Positions 30,119 to 41,213 are shown, counted from the first letter of the stretch. The stretch: DNA of 64,000 bases from Pseudomonadota bacterium (GCA_049325255.1 JBMOMW010000050.1:3120-67119), one strand, 5' to 3'. Program-made: numbers and translations. Notes: a model not told the origin generated them from the letters alone.

Positions 30119-30925
30119 TTACAAATAGCCATCGGCGCGCAGGCGCTCGAACGCATCTTCTGATTCATGATCCATCGCACGGCCGGAACGTTCGGAAACA
30201 TTCGTTGTTTGCAGTTCAGTAATGATTTCTTCGATGGTGCTGGCCTGACTATCCACCGGGAATGTGATGTCTTCATCGCCAAGCGAGCGGTAGCGTTTGC
30301 CGTTTTTCGAATAATAGAGCGATATGGTTGGAATATTTTCGCGCTGTGTATATTGCCAGATGTCCAGTTCTGTCCAATGCAGCAGCGGATGGATACGGAT
30401 ATGCGTGCCCGGCGGGTAATCGGTTTTATACTGGTCCCAGAATTCGGGCGGCTGATCGCGAAAATCCCATTGGCCTTCCAGGCCACGCGGACTGAACACA
30501 CGTTCTTTGGCCCGCGTGGCCTGTTCATCGCGCCGGATACCCGCGATCAGTCCGCTGAATTTTTCACGGTCCTGAACCTTTTTCAGACCTGCGGTTTTAC
30601 GCGCAGCCGAGCGCGCGGCGGCGGGCAGGCTCTGGTCCATTTCCTCGATCGGCGGGCAGGTGTCGCGGATAAGGGTCAGATTCCACTCCCTCACATAGCG
30701 ATCGCGAAATTCATACATTTCCTTGAATTTTTTGCCTGTATCCACATGAATCACCGGAAACGGCACATGGCCCAGAAATGCCTTTTTCGCCAGCCAGATC
30801 ATGACATTGGAGTCCTTGCCCAGAGACCACAGCATGCCGATCCTGTCGAGGCGGTTAAACGCCTCGCGCAGGATGAAAACACTCTTATTTTCCAGTTGAT
30901 CAAGGTGGTTCATTTTATTTCCCAC
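30119..30925 (-). CDS. cysD: Sulfate adenylyltransferase subunit 2
   Basis: WSLGKDS, RRDE...RAKER and RYRSLG motifs. Confidence 0.93.
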   Translation of the reverse strand: MGNKMNHLDQLENKSVFILREAFNRLDRIGMLWSLGKDSNVMIWLAKKAFLGHVPFPVIHVDTGKKFKEMYEFRDRYVREWNLTLIRDTCPPIEEMDQSLPAAARSAARKTAGLKKVQDREKFSGLIAGIRRDEQATRAKERVFSPRGLEGQWDFRDQPPEFWDQYKTDYPPGTHIRIHPLLHWTELDIWQYTQRENIPTISLYYSKNGKRYRSLGDEDITFPVDSQASTIEEIITELQTTNVSERSGRAMDHESEDAFERLRADGYL

Positions 30926-31010
30926 TATTTTACAGTGATAAAAATTATATCACGCTAAATACATGCATTTTAGCCGCAATGGTAGCAAAAAATGGCCCAA
31001 AAGGATAATT

Positions 31011-31188
31011 TAGACCGTTTTCTGATCTGATTTACGCGTTTCCACCCCACCGTGTCATTACCCGGTTTATCCGGGTAATCCATGTGACACCCAAATGCGT
31101 GAGTTTGGGATTATGGATTGCCCGGATAAACCGGGCAATGACAATGAGTGTGTGTGATGCGCGTCCATATGATCAAAAAAACGGTCTA
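31011..31188. mobile_element. MITE-like shell enclosing a REP doublet (31053-31143)
   Basis: Termini TAGACCGTTTTCTGATC / GATCAAAAAAACGGTCTA; inner TGTCATTACCCGGTTTATCCGGGTAATCCA...TGGATTGCCCGGATAAACCGGGCAATGACA. Confidence 0.75.
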
Positions 31189-31215
31189 CGCTACACCCAA
31201 ACACATTCCCCCCGG

Positions 31216-32043
31216 TTAGGGAAGATAGTTGAATCGCGCCATTTGTTCATTATGCGCGGCCACAATCCTGTCGATCTGGGCGGTGCTTAGCAGGCTGCGC
31301 CATTGCTGCTTACGGCCGGAACGAAAAAATGCCTGCGAAAACTCGCTGCGCTCCTTAAAACTGTATTTTTTTTCCTGCGCCTGAAGGGTCTCAAAGGATG
31401 AAAATTTTATCGCCTTGCGCAACCGGTCATTGGGGGGCGTCAACCCCAGAAAAGTGGCAAGTTGCCGGAAACTGCGGTTGGGACGGTCCAGCATATCCTC
31501 ATACCGCATAATGTGCAGGCCGGGGTTAGGCAGACCGGTCCAGCTTTTGACATGGGTTGACCAGTCGGAATGAAATTCCGAGGCATGGGCATCCGTGGTT
31601 TCGGTCGCCGCCGCCGGATCGCCCAAACGATCTATGGCCGCATCCAGGCCGACGCCGAAATGGTCCGTCATGGAAATCACCACATCCAGCGGGTTGCGCA
31701 CCACATAGATCGCCCCTGCGGTCACATCCATCGTATGCAGCGCGACATCACAGCATTCACCCAGAAAATTATGGGTTTTGACAAATACGGAATCCGGAAA
31801 GGCCTGGGTAAAGTCCCGATGCACCAGCGGGCGCAGGGCCATGACGGCATCCATTGCCATGTCCCCGATCGCATGGCCAGCCCGGCGGGCATACCAGGCG
31901 CCGGCCGATTCGCCGATGCAGAAACTGTCCAGTTCATTGATGGAGGCAGGCTGCGGCGGATTGCGCAACAGGTTGAACAGAAACGCCCGCAGCCAGGTGT
32001 TGCCCGATTTGGGATAGGAGGCCAGCCAGATAATCGCGCCCAT
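31216..32043 (-). CDS. PAPS-dependent sulfotransferase
   Basis: SYPKSGNTW (5'-PSB), RNPLD and FFRSG motifs. Confidence 0.92.
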   Translation of the reverse strand: MGAIIWLASYPKSGNTWLRAFLFNLLRNPPQPASINELDSFCIGESAGAWYARRAGHAIGDMAMDAVMALRPLVHRDFTQAFPDSVFVKTHNFLGECCDVALHTMDVTAGAIYVVRNPLDVVISMTDHFGVGLDAAIDRLGDPAAATETTDAHASEFHSDWSTHVKSWTGLPNPGLHIMRYEDMLDRPNRSFRQLATFLGLTPPNDRLRKAIKFSSFETLQAQEKKYSFKERSEFSQAFFRSGRKQQWRSLLSTAQIDRIVAAHNEQMARFNYLP

Positions 32044-32074
32044 CTCACAGACCCGCCTGCATTTAATTGGCCAC

Positions 32075-32104
32075 AAAAAAGGGCAGACCCAAGCCTGCCC
32101 TTTT
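32075..32104 (-). terminator. Intrinsic (bidirectional-type) terminator after the porin gene
   Basis: AAAAAAGGGCAG-ACCCAAGC-CTGCCCTTTT. Confidence 0.8.
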
Positions 32105-32140
32105 GAAAACTATATTGAGGTGGATCAGAAATCCAGCACC

Positions 32141-33343
32141 TTAGAAATCTAACATGAGCGTCAAAGCCAGCGCCTTGTCATCAACATCATTCGGCGCCAG
32201 CAAAGTGCCTGCACCCGGAATTTCGTCCTGAGCGAAGGTCAGGTCGGCGCCGATGGCCACTCCTGGTCCCAGTTTATACTGGGCGCCGATGTCCACCAGT
32301 TGAAGCTGGTTCTTGCCGGGAGCTCCGATCGTGCTTTGCTGCTCGGAGTCCATATAGGCAATACCGGCCTGCCACGGACCCGACGCATAGGTCACGCCAA
32401 CATTCCAGGCTTCTTCGTCACGCGCGCTGCGGGTTGGCGAACCGGTCGGGATCATACCATCGGAACCATAATAGCCACCACCGAGGGTCCAGCCCACATA
32501 GGTGAAGTTGGCGCCCAGATGCCAGGCTTCCGGATCGCTGCCGATAACGCTGGCACGGCCTCTGCCGGTCGCGCTCAGGCCATTGGATTCATGGTCACCC
32601 CAGGCGTAACCGGCGGAAAGCTTGACGCCAAGACCCGAAAACTCACCGACATAGCTGCCGCCCAGTTCAAGAATGTCTTCGATGCCGCCATTCGCATCGC
32701 CGCGAACGCCGAAGGTGTTAACCCAGCCGCTACCGGTGGAGGGATCCGCGTTAACAGCGCCCAGGGTCGGGAACGCCCCCCCCGTAACACCCGCGGCGCC
32801 AGCGCCATCATTTGACGGGGTATAGGACAGGCCGAGCTGGAAGCCCGTCATGCGCGGGGTGAAATAGGTCACCTTGTTGGAATCGCCCGACATTTTGATG
32901 CGGGTTGTGGTGCGGGCGCTGAAGCGTGAGATGTTCCAGAAAATCGGGGTGTCCACGCCATAGGAATCGGTCGGCGCCGGTGCGGTGTATGCCATCTTGA
33001 AAGGCGCGCCATCCGTCGAGCCGATTTCCGTGCGGCCCATGCCGCCTTCGACAAAGGCGAAGACTTCTTCATTGCCCAGCGCCGCGCCGCCAACCTGTTC
33101 CTTGAATTCGATATTTGCGCCAACGGTCACGCCGCTGTCGAGGACAGTCGAGCCATTGACATTGATTTCAACATCCTGCTTGACAGAGCTGTCACCAGTA
33201 CCCGGCGCGTCATCATCATGCAGAACAAAAGACGCATCATAAAAACCATTGATCTTCAGCGAGATCGGATCGGCAGCGAACGCGGCGCCAGCCATCAGGC
33301 CGGAAGCAACCAGTGCAGTTGTACCATACAGAAACGTTTTCAT
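32141..33343 (-). CDS. Outer-membrane porin
   Basis: Signal peptide, YFTPRMTGFQLGLSYTP, alternating beta pattern and C-terminal Phe. Confidence 0.9.
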   Translation of the reverse strand: MKTFLYGTTALVASGLMAGAAFAADPISLKINGFYDASFVLHDDDAPGTGDSSVKQDVEINVNGSTVLDSGVTVGANIEFKEQVGGAALGNEEVFAFVEGGMGRTEIGSTDGAPFKMAYTAPAPTDSYGVDTPIFWNISRFSARTTTRIKMSGDSNKVTYFTPRMTGFQLGLSYTPSNDGAGAAGVTGGAFPTLGAVNADPSTGSGWVNTFGVRGDANGGIEDILELGGSYVGEFSGLGVKLSAGYAWGDHESNGLSATGRGRASVIGSDPEAWHLGANFTYVGWTLGGGYYGSDGMIPTGSPTRSARDEEAWNVGVTYASGPWQAGIAYMDSEQQSTIGAPGKNQLQLVDIGAQYKLGPGVAIGADLTFAQDEIPGAGTLLAPNDVDDKALALTLMLDF

Positions 33344-33736
33344 ACTTTACCTCATATTTGGTAGGTTCGCCGCCGCCATGTGTCTAGCAGGCTGACCGGT
33401 CTAACCGCTAACAAGCAGGCACCCGCTGCACCCGCCATTTCCCGGTCAATCTCGCAAACTGCATCGTAAGGGTCAAGCAAGAACGCCAAACAGGATCGCC
33501 ACAATGTTACGAATAGAAAGACCTGTTGCCCTAACATCACATAAATGATGCCTATGCCTATGATTTAGTCAGCAATACAAGCGTTTATTAAGTTTTGACA
33601 GCGACGCCGGGCGGTCCGCCCGCCGCATGATCGCCTGGACCTGCCATAATTTTGCGGAGATTTTATTGTACAGCGGTTGCCGCTGGTACCGCTTGGCTCT
33701 ATAAAGCGGCCTGTAACCGCATGTAAGGGGAAGATT

Positions 33737-34291
33737 TTGTCATACACTGTACGGAACTGGCGGGACATTGTCCTGATTACCGCGATGGGCTGTCTGCTTA
33801 TACTTTCCGGCTGCGGCTCTGTGGAAACCGAATCGCGCTATCCTGAGAAAATCGGCAAGAATCGCTATGATCCGGCGCCCACAGGCCCCAAGTCCGACGA
33901 ATCCCTGTTTGGTGAAGGCGGCATATTCGGGCTTGGCGGCGGCAAGGACAAGAACGAAGGCGGCGGTATTGGCGTCAACAGCTATCTATGGCGCGCCAGC
34001 CTCGACACCATTGCTTTCATGCCCTTGGCTTCCGCCGATCCTTTCGGTGGCGTAATTATTACGGACTGGTACATTAACCCGAGCCATCCGAATGAGCGTT
34101 TCAAGATGACCATCTATATTCTGGACAAACGGTTGCGCGCCGACGGCGTAAAGGTTTCTGTTTTCAGACAGGAACAGGGACCGGGCGGCGCCTGGACCGA
34201 TGCGCCAAGCAATGCCGAAACCGGAGTTCGGGTCGAAAATTCCATTTTAACCCGGGCGCGGCAATTGCGCATCGACAGCGAAGCTGGCTAA
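33737..34291 (+). CDS. DUF3576 lipoprotein
   Basis: LSGC lipobox; [13 protein letters not shown] and GGVIITDWY motifs; usual position before leuS; TTG start inferred. Confidence 0.85.
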   Translation: MSYTVRNWRDIVLITAMGCLLILSGCGSVETESRYPEKIGKNRYDPAPTGPKSDESLFGEGGIFGLGGGKDKNEGGGIGVNSYLWRASLDTIAFMPLASADPFGGVIITDWYINPSHPNERFKMTIYILDKRLRADGVKVSVFRQEQGPGGAWTDAPSNAETGVRVENSILTRARQLRIDSEAG

Positions 34292-34311
34292 GGCGGGAAA
34301 GCAGGACGCGC

Positions 34312-36900
34312 ATGGCCCGCTATAATCCCAGGGAATCAGAACAGAAATGGCAGGCGCGCTGGGAGGCGGAGCAGGCCTTTGTGGCGGCGCCTGACACCCG
34401 TAAAAAATATTATGTGCTGGAAATGTTTCCCTATCCATCGGGGCGCATCCATATGGGGCATGTGCGTAATTATACGATGGGCGACATTGTGGCGCGTTAT
34501 AAACGCGCGCGGGGATTTAATGTGCTGCATCCCATGGGCTGGGACGCCTTTGGCATGCCCGCCGAAAATGCGGCGCGCGAACGCGGCATCCACCCCGCCA
34601 TCTGGACCTATGAAAATATCGCCACCATGCGCGGGCAATTAAAGGCCATGGGCCTGTCGATCGACTGGACACGCGAACTGGCGACATGCGATGCGGAATA
34701 TTATGGCCACGAACAGCGGATGTTTTTGGATTTTCTGGAAAAGGGTCTGGTGTACCGCAAGGAATCATCGGTCAACTGGGATCCGGTGGACGGCACGGTG
34801 CTGGCCAATGAACAGGTTATTGACGGCAGGGGATGGCGGTCCGGCGCACTGGTCGAACAGCGCATGCTCACCCAGTGGTTTTTCAAAATTACAGCATATG
34901 CGGATGATTTGCTGAAATCGCTGGACACGCTGGAACGCTGGCCGGAAAAAGTCCGGCTGATGCAGAGCAACTGGATCGGCCGGTCCGAAGGCATGCGTAT
35001 CCGTTTTGCCATTAACGGCCCAGAGGCAAAGTCTTTGCCCGGCGGCGGCCTTCTGGAAGTTTACACGACACGCCATGATACGATTTTCGGGATGAGCTTC
35101 TGCGCCATTTCCGCAGATCATCCCATTGCGCTGGAACTGGCCGCCGGAAATCCCGCCATCGCTGATTTCTGCAAACAGTGCCGTGATATCGGGGGCACCG
35201 CAGAGGCGCTGGAACGCGCAGAAAAGCTGGGTTTTGACACCGGCCTGAAAGTACAGCATCCGTTCATTGCGGGACGCGAAGCCCCCATCTATATCGCCAA
35301 TTTTGTGCTGATGGGATATGGCGCGGGCGCCATTTTCGGCTGTCCGGCGCATGATCAGCGCGATCTGGATTTTGCCCGCAAATATGGCCTGCCGGTAGTA
35401 CCCGTTGTAGCGCCCGCTGATGCAAAAACCATCGACATTGTTAATGATGCGTACATGGATAATCTGAACGGGCGGCTGATCAATTCCGGTTTTCTGGATG
35501 GGCTGACCATCGCCGGGGCCAAGGCGGAAGTCGCCAAACGCCTGCAAGCTGTAAATGCGGGGGAGCCGGCGGTAACCTACCGGTTGCGCGACTGGGGTGT
35601 TTCACGGCAGCGCTATTGGGGCTGCCCCATTCCGGTTATTCATTGTACGGATTGTGGCGTTGTGCCTGTGCCGCGCGAACAATTGCCGGTGACGCTGCCG
35701 CGCGATGTCAGCTTTGATAAACCCGGCAATCCGCTGTCGCACCATCCATCATGGAAATATGCGCCCTGTCCAAAATGCCGGAAACCGGCAATCCGGGAAA
35801 CCGATACGTTTGACACCTTTGTCGATTCGTCCTGGTATTTTGCACGGTTTTGCAGCCCGCGCGCGGCCACGCCGGTTGACCGGAAAGAAGCCGATTACTG
35901 GATGCCCGTCGATCAGTATATTGGCGGCGTCGAGCATGCGATTCTGCACCTGCTTTATTCGCGTTTTTATACACGGGCCATGCAGGAAACCGGTTACGCC
36001 AGGGACAGCGAGCCGTTCAGCGGCCTGTTCACCCAGGGCATGGTGACCCACGAAACCTATAAGGACGCCGCTGGCGCATGGCTGTTTCCCGAACAGGTCA
36101 TCAAGCGCGAGGGCGGGGCCGTGCATAAGGATACCGGCGCGCCGGTGCAGGTCGGCAAGATCGAATCCATGTCCAAATCCAAGCGCAATGTGGTCGATCC
36201 CGAACATATTATTGCGCATTATGGTGCCGATACCGCGCGCTGGTTTGTGGTGTCCGACACACCCCCCGAACGCGATATTGAATGGACCGAATCCGGCGTC
36301 GAAGGCGCCTGGCGCTTTACCCAGCGCGTATGGCGGCTGGTGGATGAATCACTTGACAGGCTGCCACAGGCCGCAACTATCGCGCCGGCCGCCATTGGCG
36401 AGGCAAGCCTGACCATGCGCAAGGCGGCGCATATCGCCATCGCCGCGGTAACCGAAGACATTGAGCGGTTTCACTTTAATCGCGCCGTAGCGCGCATCTA
36501 TGAGCTGTCAAACAGCATTAATGCATTCATTAACCTGAAATCTGACGAAGCGGCGGCGGGGTTCGCGTTGCGCGAAGCATTGGAAGCCCTGATCCTGCTG
36601 GCTGCTCCCATGATGCCCCATCTTGCTGAAGAATGCTGGGCGGCGCTGGGTCATACGCAATTACTGGTGCACACGCCCTGGCCGGTGGCGCAGGCGGATC
36701 TGATTCGTGCTGACAATATAACCATCATTGTCCAGGTCAATGGCAAGCGTCGCGGCGATCTGATCGTTGCGCCCGGTGCCCCGGACGCGGAGATTGAAAC
36801 CAGGGCGCTGGCCCTGGAGGCCGTGCAACGCCATCTGGACGGAAAACCAGCGCGTAAAGTGGTGGTAGTACCGAATCGAATCGTCAATGTGGTGGTCTAG
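34312..36900 (+). CDS. leuS: Leucine-tRNA ligase
   Basis: [11 protein letters not shown] and SMSKS motifs. Confidence 0.98.
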   Translation: MARYNPRESEQKWQARWEAEQAFVAAPDTRKKYYVLEMFPYPSGRIHMGHVRNYTMGDIVARYKRARGFNVLHPMGWDAFGMPAENAARERGIHPAIWTYENIATMRGQLKAMGLSIDWTRELATCDAEYYGHEQRMFLDFLEKGLVYRKESSVNWDPVDGTVLANEQVIDGRGWRSGALVEQRMLTQWFFKITAYADDLLKSLDTLERWPEKVRLMQSNWIGRSEGMRIRFAINGPEAKSLPGGGLLEVYTTRHDTIFGMSFCAISADHPIALELAAGNPAIADFCKQCRDIGGTAEALERAEKLGFDTGLKVQHPFIAGREAPIYIANFVLMGYGAGAIFGCPAHDQRDLDFARKYGLPVVPVVAPADAKTIDIVNDAYMDNLNGRLINSGFLDGLTIAGAKAEVAKRLQAVNAGEPAVTYRLRDWGVSRQRYWGCPIPVIHCTDCGVVPVPREQLPVTLPRDVSFDKPGNPLSHHPSWKYAPCPKCRKPAIRETDTFDTFVDSSWYFARFCSPRAATPVDRKEADYWMPVDQYIGGVEHAILHLLYSRFYTRAMQETGYARDSEPFSGLFTQGMVTHETYKDAAGAWLFPEQVIKREGGAVHKDTGAPVQVGKIESMSKSKRNVVDPEHIIAHYGADTARWFVVSDTPPERDIEWTESGVEGAWRFTQRVWRLVDESLDRLPQAATIAPAAIGEASLTMRKAAHIAIAAVTEDIERFHFNRAVARIYELSNSINAFINLKSDEAAAGFALREALEALILLAAPMMPHLAEECWAALGHTQLLVHTPWPVAQADLIRADNITIIVQVNGKRRGDLIVAPGAPDAEIETRALALEAVQRHLDGKPARKVVVVPNRIVNVVV

Positions 36901-37408
36901 GCGCGCCTTTTTTGTTTTGACCTGTGCCGGGCTGCTGGCAGGGTGCGGGTTTCAGCCGCTCTATGGCAACCGGTCGCAAGCCAGTTCGACACCCGCACAA
37001 TTTGCCCGGATTGAGGTGAGCGACATTGACAGCCGTCCTGGCCACCATCTGCGCAATCATCTGATCGACAGGCTTAGCGCCCGGGGCGGCAACTATAAGA
37101 AGCATTACAGGCTGGATGTGGCGCTTAGCGATAGAAAAGACGGGCTTGCGATTCGTAATGATGAGTCAATTACACGATTCAACTATAGATTGTTAAGCAA
37201 TCTTCGTCTTGTCCGAATTGCGGATCAACAGATATTGTATGAAACAAACCTGCGCACAACCGTTGCCTTTAATGTGGTTGATTCTGAATTTGCGACACTG
37301 AGCGCAGAACGCGACGCAGAGGAGCGTGCCGCGCGCGACCTCAGCGAAGAAATGATTACCCGGCTGGCGATTTATTTTCAGCGCCTGCCGGCACAACCCC
37401 CAGGCTGA
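36887..37408 (+). CDS. lptE: LPS assembly lipoprotein LptE
   Basis: [11 protein letters not shown] lipobox; lies between leuS and holA. Confidence 0.9.
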   Translation: MWWSRRAFFVLTCAGLLAGCGFQPLYGNRSQASSTPAQFARIEVSDIDSRPGHHLRNHLIDRLSARGGNYKKHYRLDVALSDRKDGLAIRNDESITRFNYRLLSNLRLVRIADQQILYETNLRTTVAFNVVDSEFATLSAERDAEERAARDLSEEMITRLAIYFQRLPAQPPG

Positions 37409-37415
37409 GGCGCGC

Positions 37416-38693
37416 ATGGCGATCATCAAAGGCAAGGCCGTGGATCAGTTGCTGACACGCCCCGGACCCAATTTTCGCGCCATATTATTTTATGGCCCCA
37501 ATGAGGGACGGGTGCGTGAATATGCGGTGCAGATTGCCAAAACGGTTGTAGCCGATTTGTCCGATCCGTTTCGCATTTGCCAGCTATCGGCAGCTGATCT
37601 GAAAGACGATCCCGCACGGCTGGCGGATGAGGCCGCAGCGATTGCCATGACAGGGGGCCGGCGTGTCATACGCGCACGCGGCATAGGGGATGCGCAAACA
37701 GACTGTTTCGCAAATTTTCTTGAATATCCACAGGGGGACAGTCTGATCGTTGTGGAAGCCGGGGAGCTGGCCAAAACATCCCGTTTGCGAAAATTATTTG
37801 AATCTCACAGCCTGTGCGCAATTGTGGCCTGTTATGAAGATAGCGGGGCGGATCTCGACGCCCTGGTCACTGGTCACTTGCGCCAGCATGGCCTGACCAT
37901 TAACTCAGAGGCCAAGGACTATCTGCTGCACTGTCTGGGTGAGGACAGGCTGGCGACCCGGCAGGAGCTGGACAAGCTGGTGCTGTATAAATGGCCGCGC
38001 AGACATGCAAGTGAACAGACCGTGGCAGCATATGTCATAGATGGCAAAGGCGCCAGTGATGCCAAAGATATCAGAGATACCGCAGGTATCAGAGACGCCG
38101 GAGATATCCTGGATATCAGAGATACCGGAGACATCTTTGATACCCGAGATATCCAGGATAGCTATGATACCGGCGATGTCGCAGATACCGCAGACTCCAG
38201 GAGAAATTCGGGGGCCAAAGATACCTGTGATATCTACGATACCCATGATCGCTGTGTCAGCATTGAGGATGTAAGGGCCTGTATTGGAGATAGTTCCGTC
38301 CAGGGCCTGGATGGCATTTGTGATGCGCTTGGCGCCGGAAATATAGCCGCACTGGACAATCAACTGGCCCGCGCTTTTGAGGCGTCAATGGCGCCGGTCG
38401 CTGTTTTGCGGGGCGCCAGCAATCATCTGTTGCGGCTGCAACTGGCGGCCGCCCTGCTGGCGCAGGGCAATAGCATGGACGCGGCGTTGCGGACATTAAG
38501 GCCGCCCATGCACTTCAGCCGTGCCGATGAATTTCGCAAACAGATGCGAATATGGAGTTTAGCCCGTTTAGCGCGCGCGCTTGAGCTGCTGCTTCAGGGG
38601 GAATCCATGTGCAAAACCACCGGTGCGCCAGATCATAGTCTATGCAGCAAAACATTGATGCAGGTCGCGGCTCTGGCGCGCGAGAAGCCGTAA
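37416..38693 (+). CDS. holA: DNA polymerase III delta subunit with an ~85-aa repeat insertion
   Basis: LFYGPNEG, ACYED, ELDKLVLY, EDV.ACIGD and CKTTG motifs; synteny with leuS-lptE. Confidence 0.93.
   Translation: MAIIKGKAVDQLLTRPGPNFRAILFYGPNEGRVREYAVQIAKTVVADLSDPFRICQLSAADLKDDPARLADEAAAIAMTGGRRVIRARGIGDAQTDCFANFLEYPQGDSLIVVEAGELAKTSRLRKLFESHSLCAIVACYEDSGADLDALVTGHLRQHGLTINSEAKDYLLHCLGEDRLATRQELDKLVLYKWPRRHASEQTVAAYVIDGKGASDAKDIRDTAGIRDAGDILDIRDTGDIFDTRDIQDSYDTGDVADTADSRRNSGAKDTCDIYDTHDRCVSIEDVRACIGDSSVQGLDGICDALGAGNIAALDNQLARAFEASMAPVAVLRGASNHLLRLQLAAALLAQGNSMDAALRTLRPPMHFSRADEFRKQMRIWSLARLARALELLLQGESMCKTTGAPDHSLCSKTLMQVAALAREKP
38058..38255 (+). repeat. Degenerate 9-bp tandem repeat (22 units) inside holA
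   Basis: GATGCCAAA GATATCAGA GATACCGCA GGTATCAGA GACGCCGGA GATATCCTG...; 19 of 22 units begin with an Asp codon. Confidence 0.9.
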
Positions 38694-38715
38694 CTCGATC
38701 ACGCAGTCTCAAATC

Positions 38716-38783
38716 GTCATTCTGAGCGAGAGCGAAGAATCTCCCTGTGGCGGCAGGAGATGCTTCGCTGCGCTCAGCATGAC
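38716..38783. repeat. REP doublet between convergent holA and parB
   Basis: GTCATTCTGAGCGAGAGCGAAGAATCTCC...GGAGATGCTTCGCTGCGCTCAGCATGAC. Confidence 0.85.
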
Positions 38784-38788
38784 ACACT

Positions 38789-39679
38789 CTATAGAGCGCC
38801 GGGTATTTCAGATTGCTGCGTCAGCCTTAGACAAATATTCTCAAGCTGGTCGAGCGAGGTGTAGTTTATCGAGATAGTCCCTGCTTCCACGCTGCGGCTG
38901 GTTATGCTTACCCTTAACCCAAGTCCATTGTAAACTTCCTCTTCCAGCGCCAGGGTATTGGGGTCTTTTTGCGCCGGGGGTTTTTTCGTTCCCTGGGGCT
39001 TGCGGCCCTTGGCCAGCGCTTCAGCATCCCGCACGGAAAGCTTGCCTGTCACAATCTGTTGCGCCAGCGCCTCGGGGTCGGGTGCCGTGATCAATGTGCG
39101 GCCATGGCCTGCGGTTAACCGGCCATCCTCCAGCATTTGCTGCACAGTTTCCGGCAACGCCAGCAAACGCAGCATGTTGGCCACATGGCTGCGGCTTTTG
39201 CCGACAATGCGTCCGACATCTTCCTGGGAATGATCATAGTCATCGATCAGCTTCGCATAGCCACGCGCCTCATCCATGGCGTTCAGATCGGAGCGCTGAA
39301 TATTCTCGATCAGCGCCAGCTCCAGGCTTTCCGTATCCGATATGTCCTTGACCAGAACCGGCACATCGTGCAACCGCGCCATTTGGGCCGCCCGCCAGCG
39401 CCGCTCACCCGCAATGATTTCGTAATGTTCCGCCAGATCGGCGATCGGGCGCACCAGAATCGGCTGTAAAATGCCTTTTTCCCGAATGGAATCGGCCAAT
39501 TCCTTCAGTGCGGCGTCGTCAAATCTTTTCCGGGGCTGCAATATATTGGGACGCAGATTCCCTACCGGCACCTGATTGGGCGTGCGCGATGGCATGGCCC
39601 GTCCAAAAGGAGAACGCTCATCCCCCAACAGGGCCGACAGTCCCCGGCCCAGTTTTTGCCTTCTGCCTTCATCCGACAT
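38789..39679 (-). CDS. parB: Chromosome partitioning protein ParB
   Basis: LGRGLSALL, GERRWRA and IENIQR motifs. Confidence 0.97.
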   Translation of the reverse strand: MSDEGRRQKLGRGLSALLGDERSPFGRAMPSRTPNQVPVGNLRPNILQPRKRFDDAALKELADSIREKGILQPILVRPIADLAEHYEIIAGERRWRAAQMARLHDVPVLVKDISDTESLELALIENIQRSDLNAMDEARGYAKLIDDYDHSQEDVGRIVGKSRSHVANMLRLLALPETVQQMLEDGRLTAGHGRTLITAPDPEALAQQIVTGKLSVRDAEALAKGRKPQGTKKPPAQKDPNTLALEEEVYNGLGLRVSITSRSVEAGTISINYTSLDQLENICLRLTQQSEIPGAL

Positions 39680-39700
39680 GGTGTCCCCGCCAATTTAATT

Positions 39701-40552
39701 TCAGGCGGCCTGGGCTGGACGTTCCTGGCGGAGAATTTCTCCGGCCAGCTTCATATAGGCCCGACTGCCAGCACATTGCATATCATAGATCAGCACCGGT
39801 TTGCCATAGGAAGGCGCCTCGGACACCCGCACATTTCGGGGGATAACTGTTTCATAAACTTTGCTGCCCAGAAACCCGCGCACATCCAGCGCCACCTGAT
39901 CCGACAGATTATTGCGCGAATCGAACATGGTCAGGACGACGCCCTGAATCTCCAGCACCGGGTTGAGCGTATCGCGCACCATTTCGACGGTGCGCAAGAG
40001 CTGGCTTAGCCCCTCCAGCGCGAAAAACTCGCATTGCAGCGGCACCAATACGGAATCCGCCGCCGTCAGGGCATTGATGGTCAGCAGGGACAGTGCAGGC
40101 GGACAATCCACCAGCACGTAAGAATATTCCGATCCTGCATTCTCCAGCGCGTCATGCAGCACATCGCGCAGCCGGTAGCTCCGCCGGGGCAGGGTTGCCA
40201 GCTCAAGATCGGCGCCAGACAGTTCAACAGAAGATGGCAGCACAAAAAGCCCCGGCACGGCGGAAACCTGCACAGCCTCGGCCAGCGTGGCTTCACCCAG
40301 CAACACCTCATAAACCGAGCAGTTGCGGGATTCTTTGGTGATACCCAGCCCGGTGCTGGCATTGCCCTGGGGATCCAGATCAATGATCAAAACCCGCTCC
40401 CCCACAGCGGCAAGCGCCGTAGCCAGATTAATCGCGGTGGTGGTTTTGCCCACACCGCCTTTTTGATTCGCCACCGCTATCACACGCGGCGAAGATGGCA
40501 TTATTGTTTCACGTGAAACAAGCACAGGATGGGATAAAAGCGCATCAGACAC
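39701..40552 (-). CDS. parA: Chromosome partitioning ATPase ParA (alternative start 40501)
   Basis: NQKGGVGKTT and DLDPQGNA motifs. Confidence 0.97.
   Translation of the reverse strand: MSDALLSHPVLVSRETIMPSSPRVIAVANQKGGVGKTTTAINLATALAAVGERVLIIDLDPQGNASTGLGITKESRNCSVYEVLLGEATLAEAVQVSAVPGLFVLPSSVELSGADLELATLPRRSYRLRDVLHDALENAGSEYSYVLVDCPPALSLLTINALTAADSVLVPLQCEFFALEGLSQLLRTVEMVRDTLNPVLEIQGVVLTMFDSRNNLSDQVALDVRGFLGSKVYETVIPRNVRVSEAPSYGKPVLIYDMQCAGSRAYMKLAGEILRQERPAQAA
40505..40520. promoter_or_regulatory. parS site
   Basis: Perfect TGTTTCACGTGAAACA. Confidence 0.95.
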
Positions 40553-41213
40553 GGGCGACCTCCGTGATTCGCAGCACCATGCCCGCCGGATTAGTCCGGC
40601 TAGGATGCTGGCTCAGGGTCATTTTTCTATATTTTGCGGCTAATGTCAATTCATCATCTACATCTTGTCCCTTTAAAAGTAAAAAAACTGTTGATGAATC
40701 TGTCATGGGCGCCGCCATTTCCAATGTTTGATGCAGGGGCGCGAAGGCGCGGGCCGTAATCAACCGGGCTTTACCGCCCATTTTTTCAGGAACAAGGTTT
40801 TCCACCCGAACCGTGTGCACCTGTGCGGGCGCATGGGTGGCGCGAATCACTTCACGCAGAAATATGGCCTTGCGCTGATCGCTTTCGATCAGATGCACCT
40901 GTATGTTGCTGTGTTCCGGCTGTAGCAGCGACAAGACTAGCCCGGGGAAGCCAGCGCCACTGCCAACATCCAACCAGGGGCCGGAAGCTCCGGAAGTTAT
41001 GGGCATATGTTCCAGTAATTGCGCGCTATCGCGCATATGCCGCTGCCAGAGGTCCGGCAGGGTCGTGTTGCTGACCAGATTGATTTTGGGCTGCCACTTT
41101 TGCAGAAGCGCCACATAGCGTTCCAACCGCGCGCGGGTTTCACCGGATATGAAAAATTCCTGCTGAAATTCATCCGGTCCATAGGCAGCAGGCGTGACGC
41201 CCTTGTCGGTCAC
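40545..41213 (-). CDS. rsmG: 16S rRNA m7G527 methyltransferase
   Basis: INLVS, RH..DS and [10 protein letters not shown] motifs. Confidence 0.95.
   Translation of the reverse strand: MTDKGVTPAAYGPDEFQQEFFISGETRARLERYVALLQKWQPKINLVSNTTLPDLWQRHMRDSAQLLEHMPITSGASGPWLDVGSGAGFPGLVLSLLQPEHSNIQVHLIESDQRKAIFLREVIRATHAPAQVHTVRVENLVPEKMGGKARLITARAFAPLHQTLEMAAPMTDSSTVFLLLKGQDVDDELTLAAKYRKMTLSQHPSRTNPAGMVLRITEVARV

Noticed and set aside
38058-38255. CRISPR array or intein in holA
   Set aside because: The period is 9 bp with no spacers, and there are no intein terminal (C/S...HN) or endonuclease motifs.
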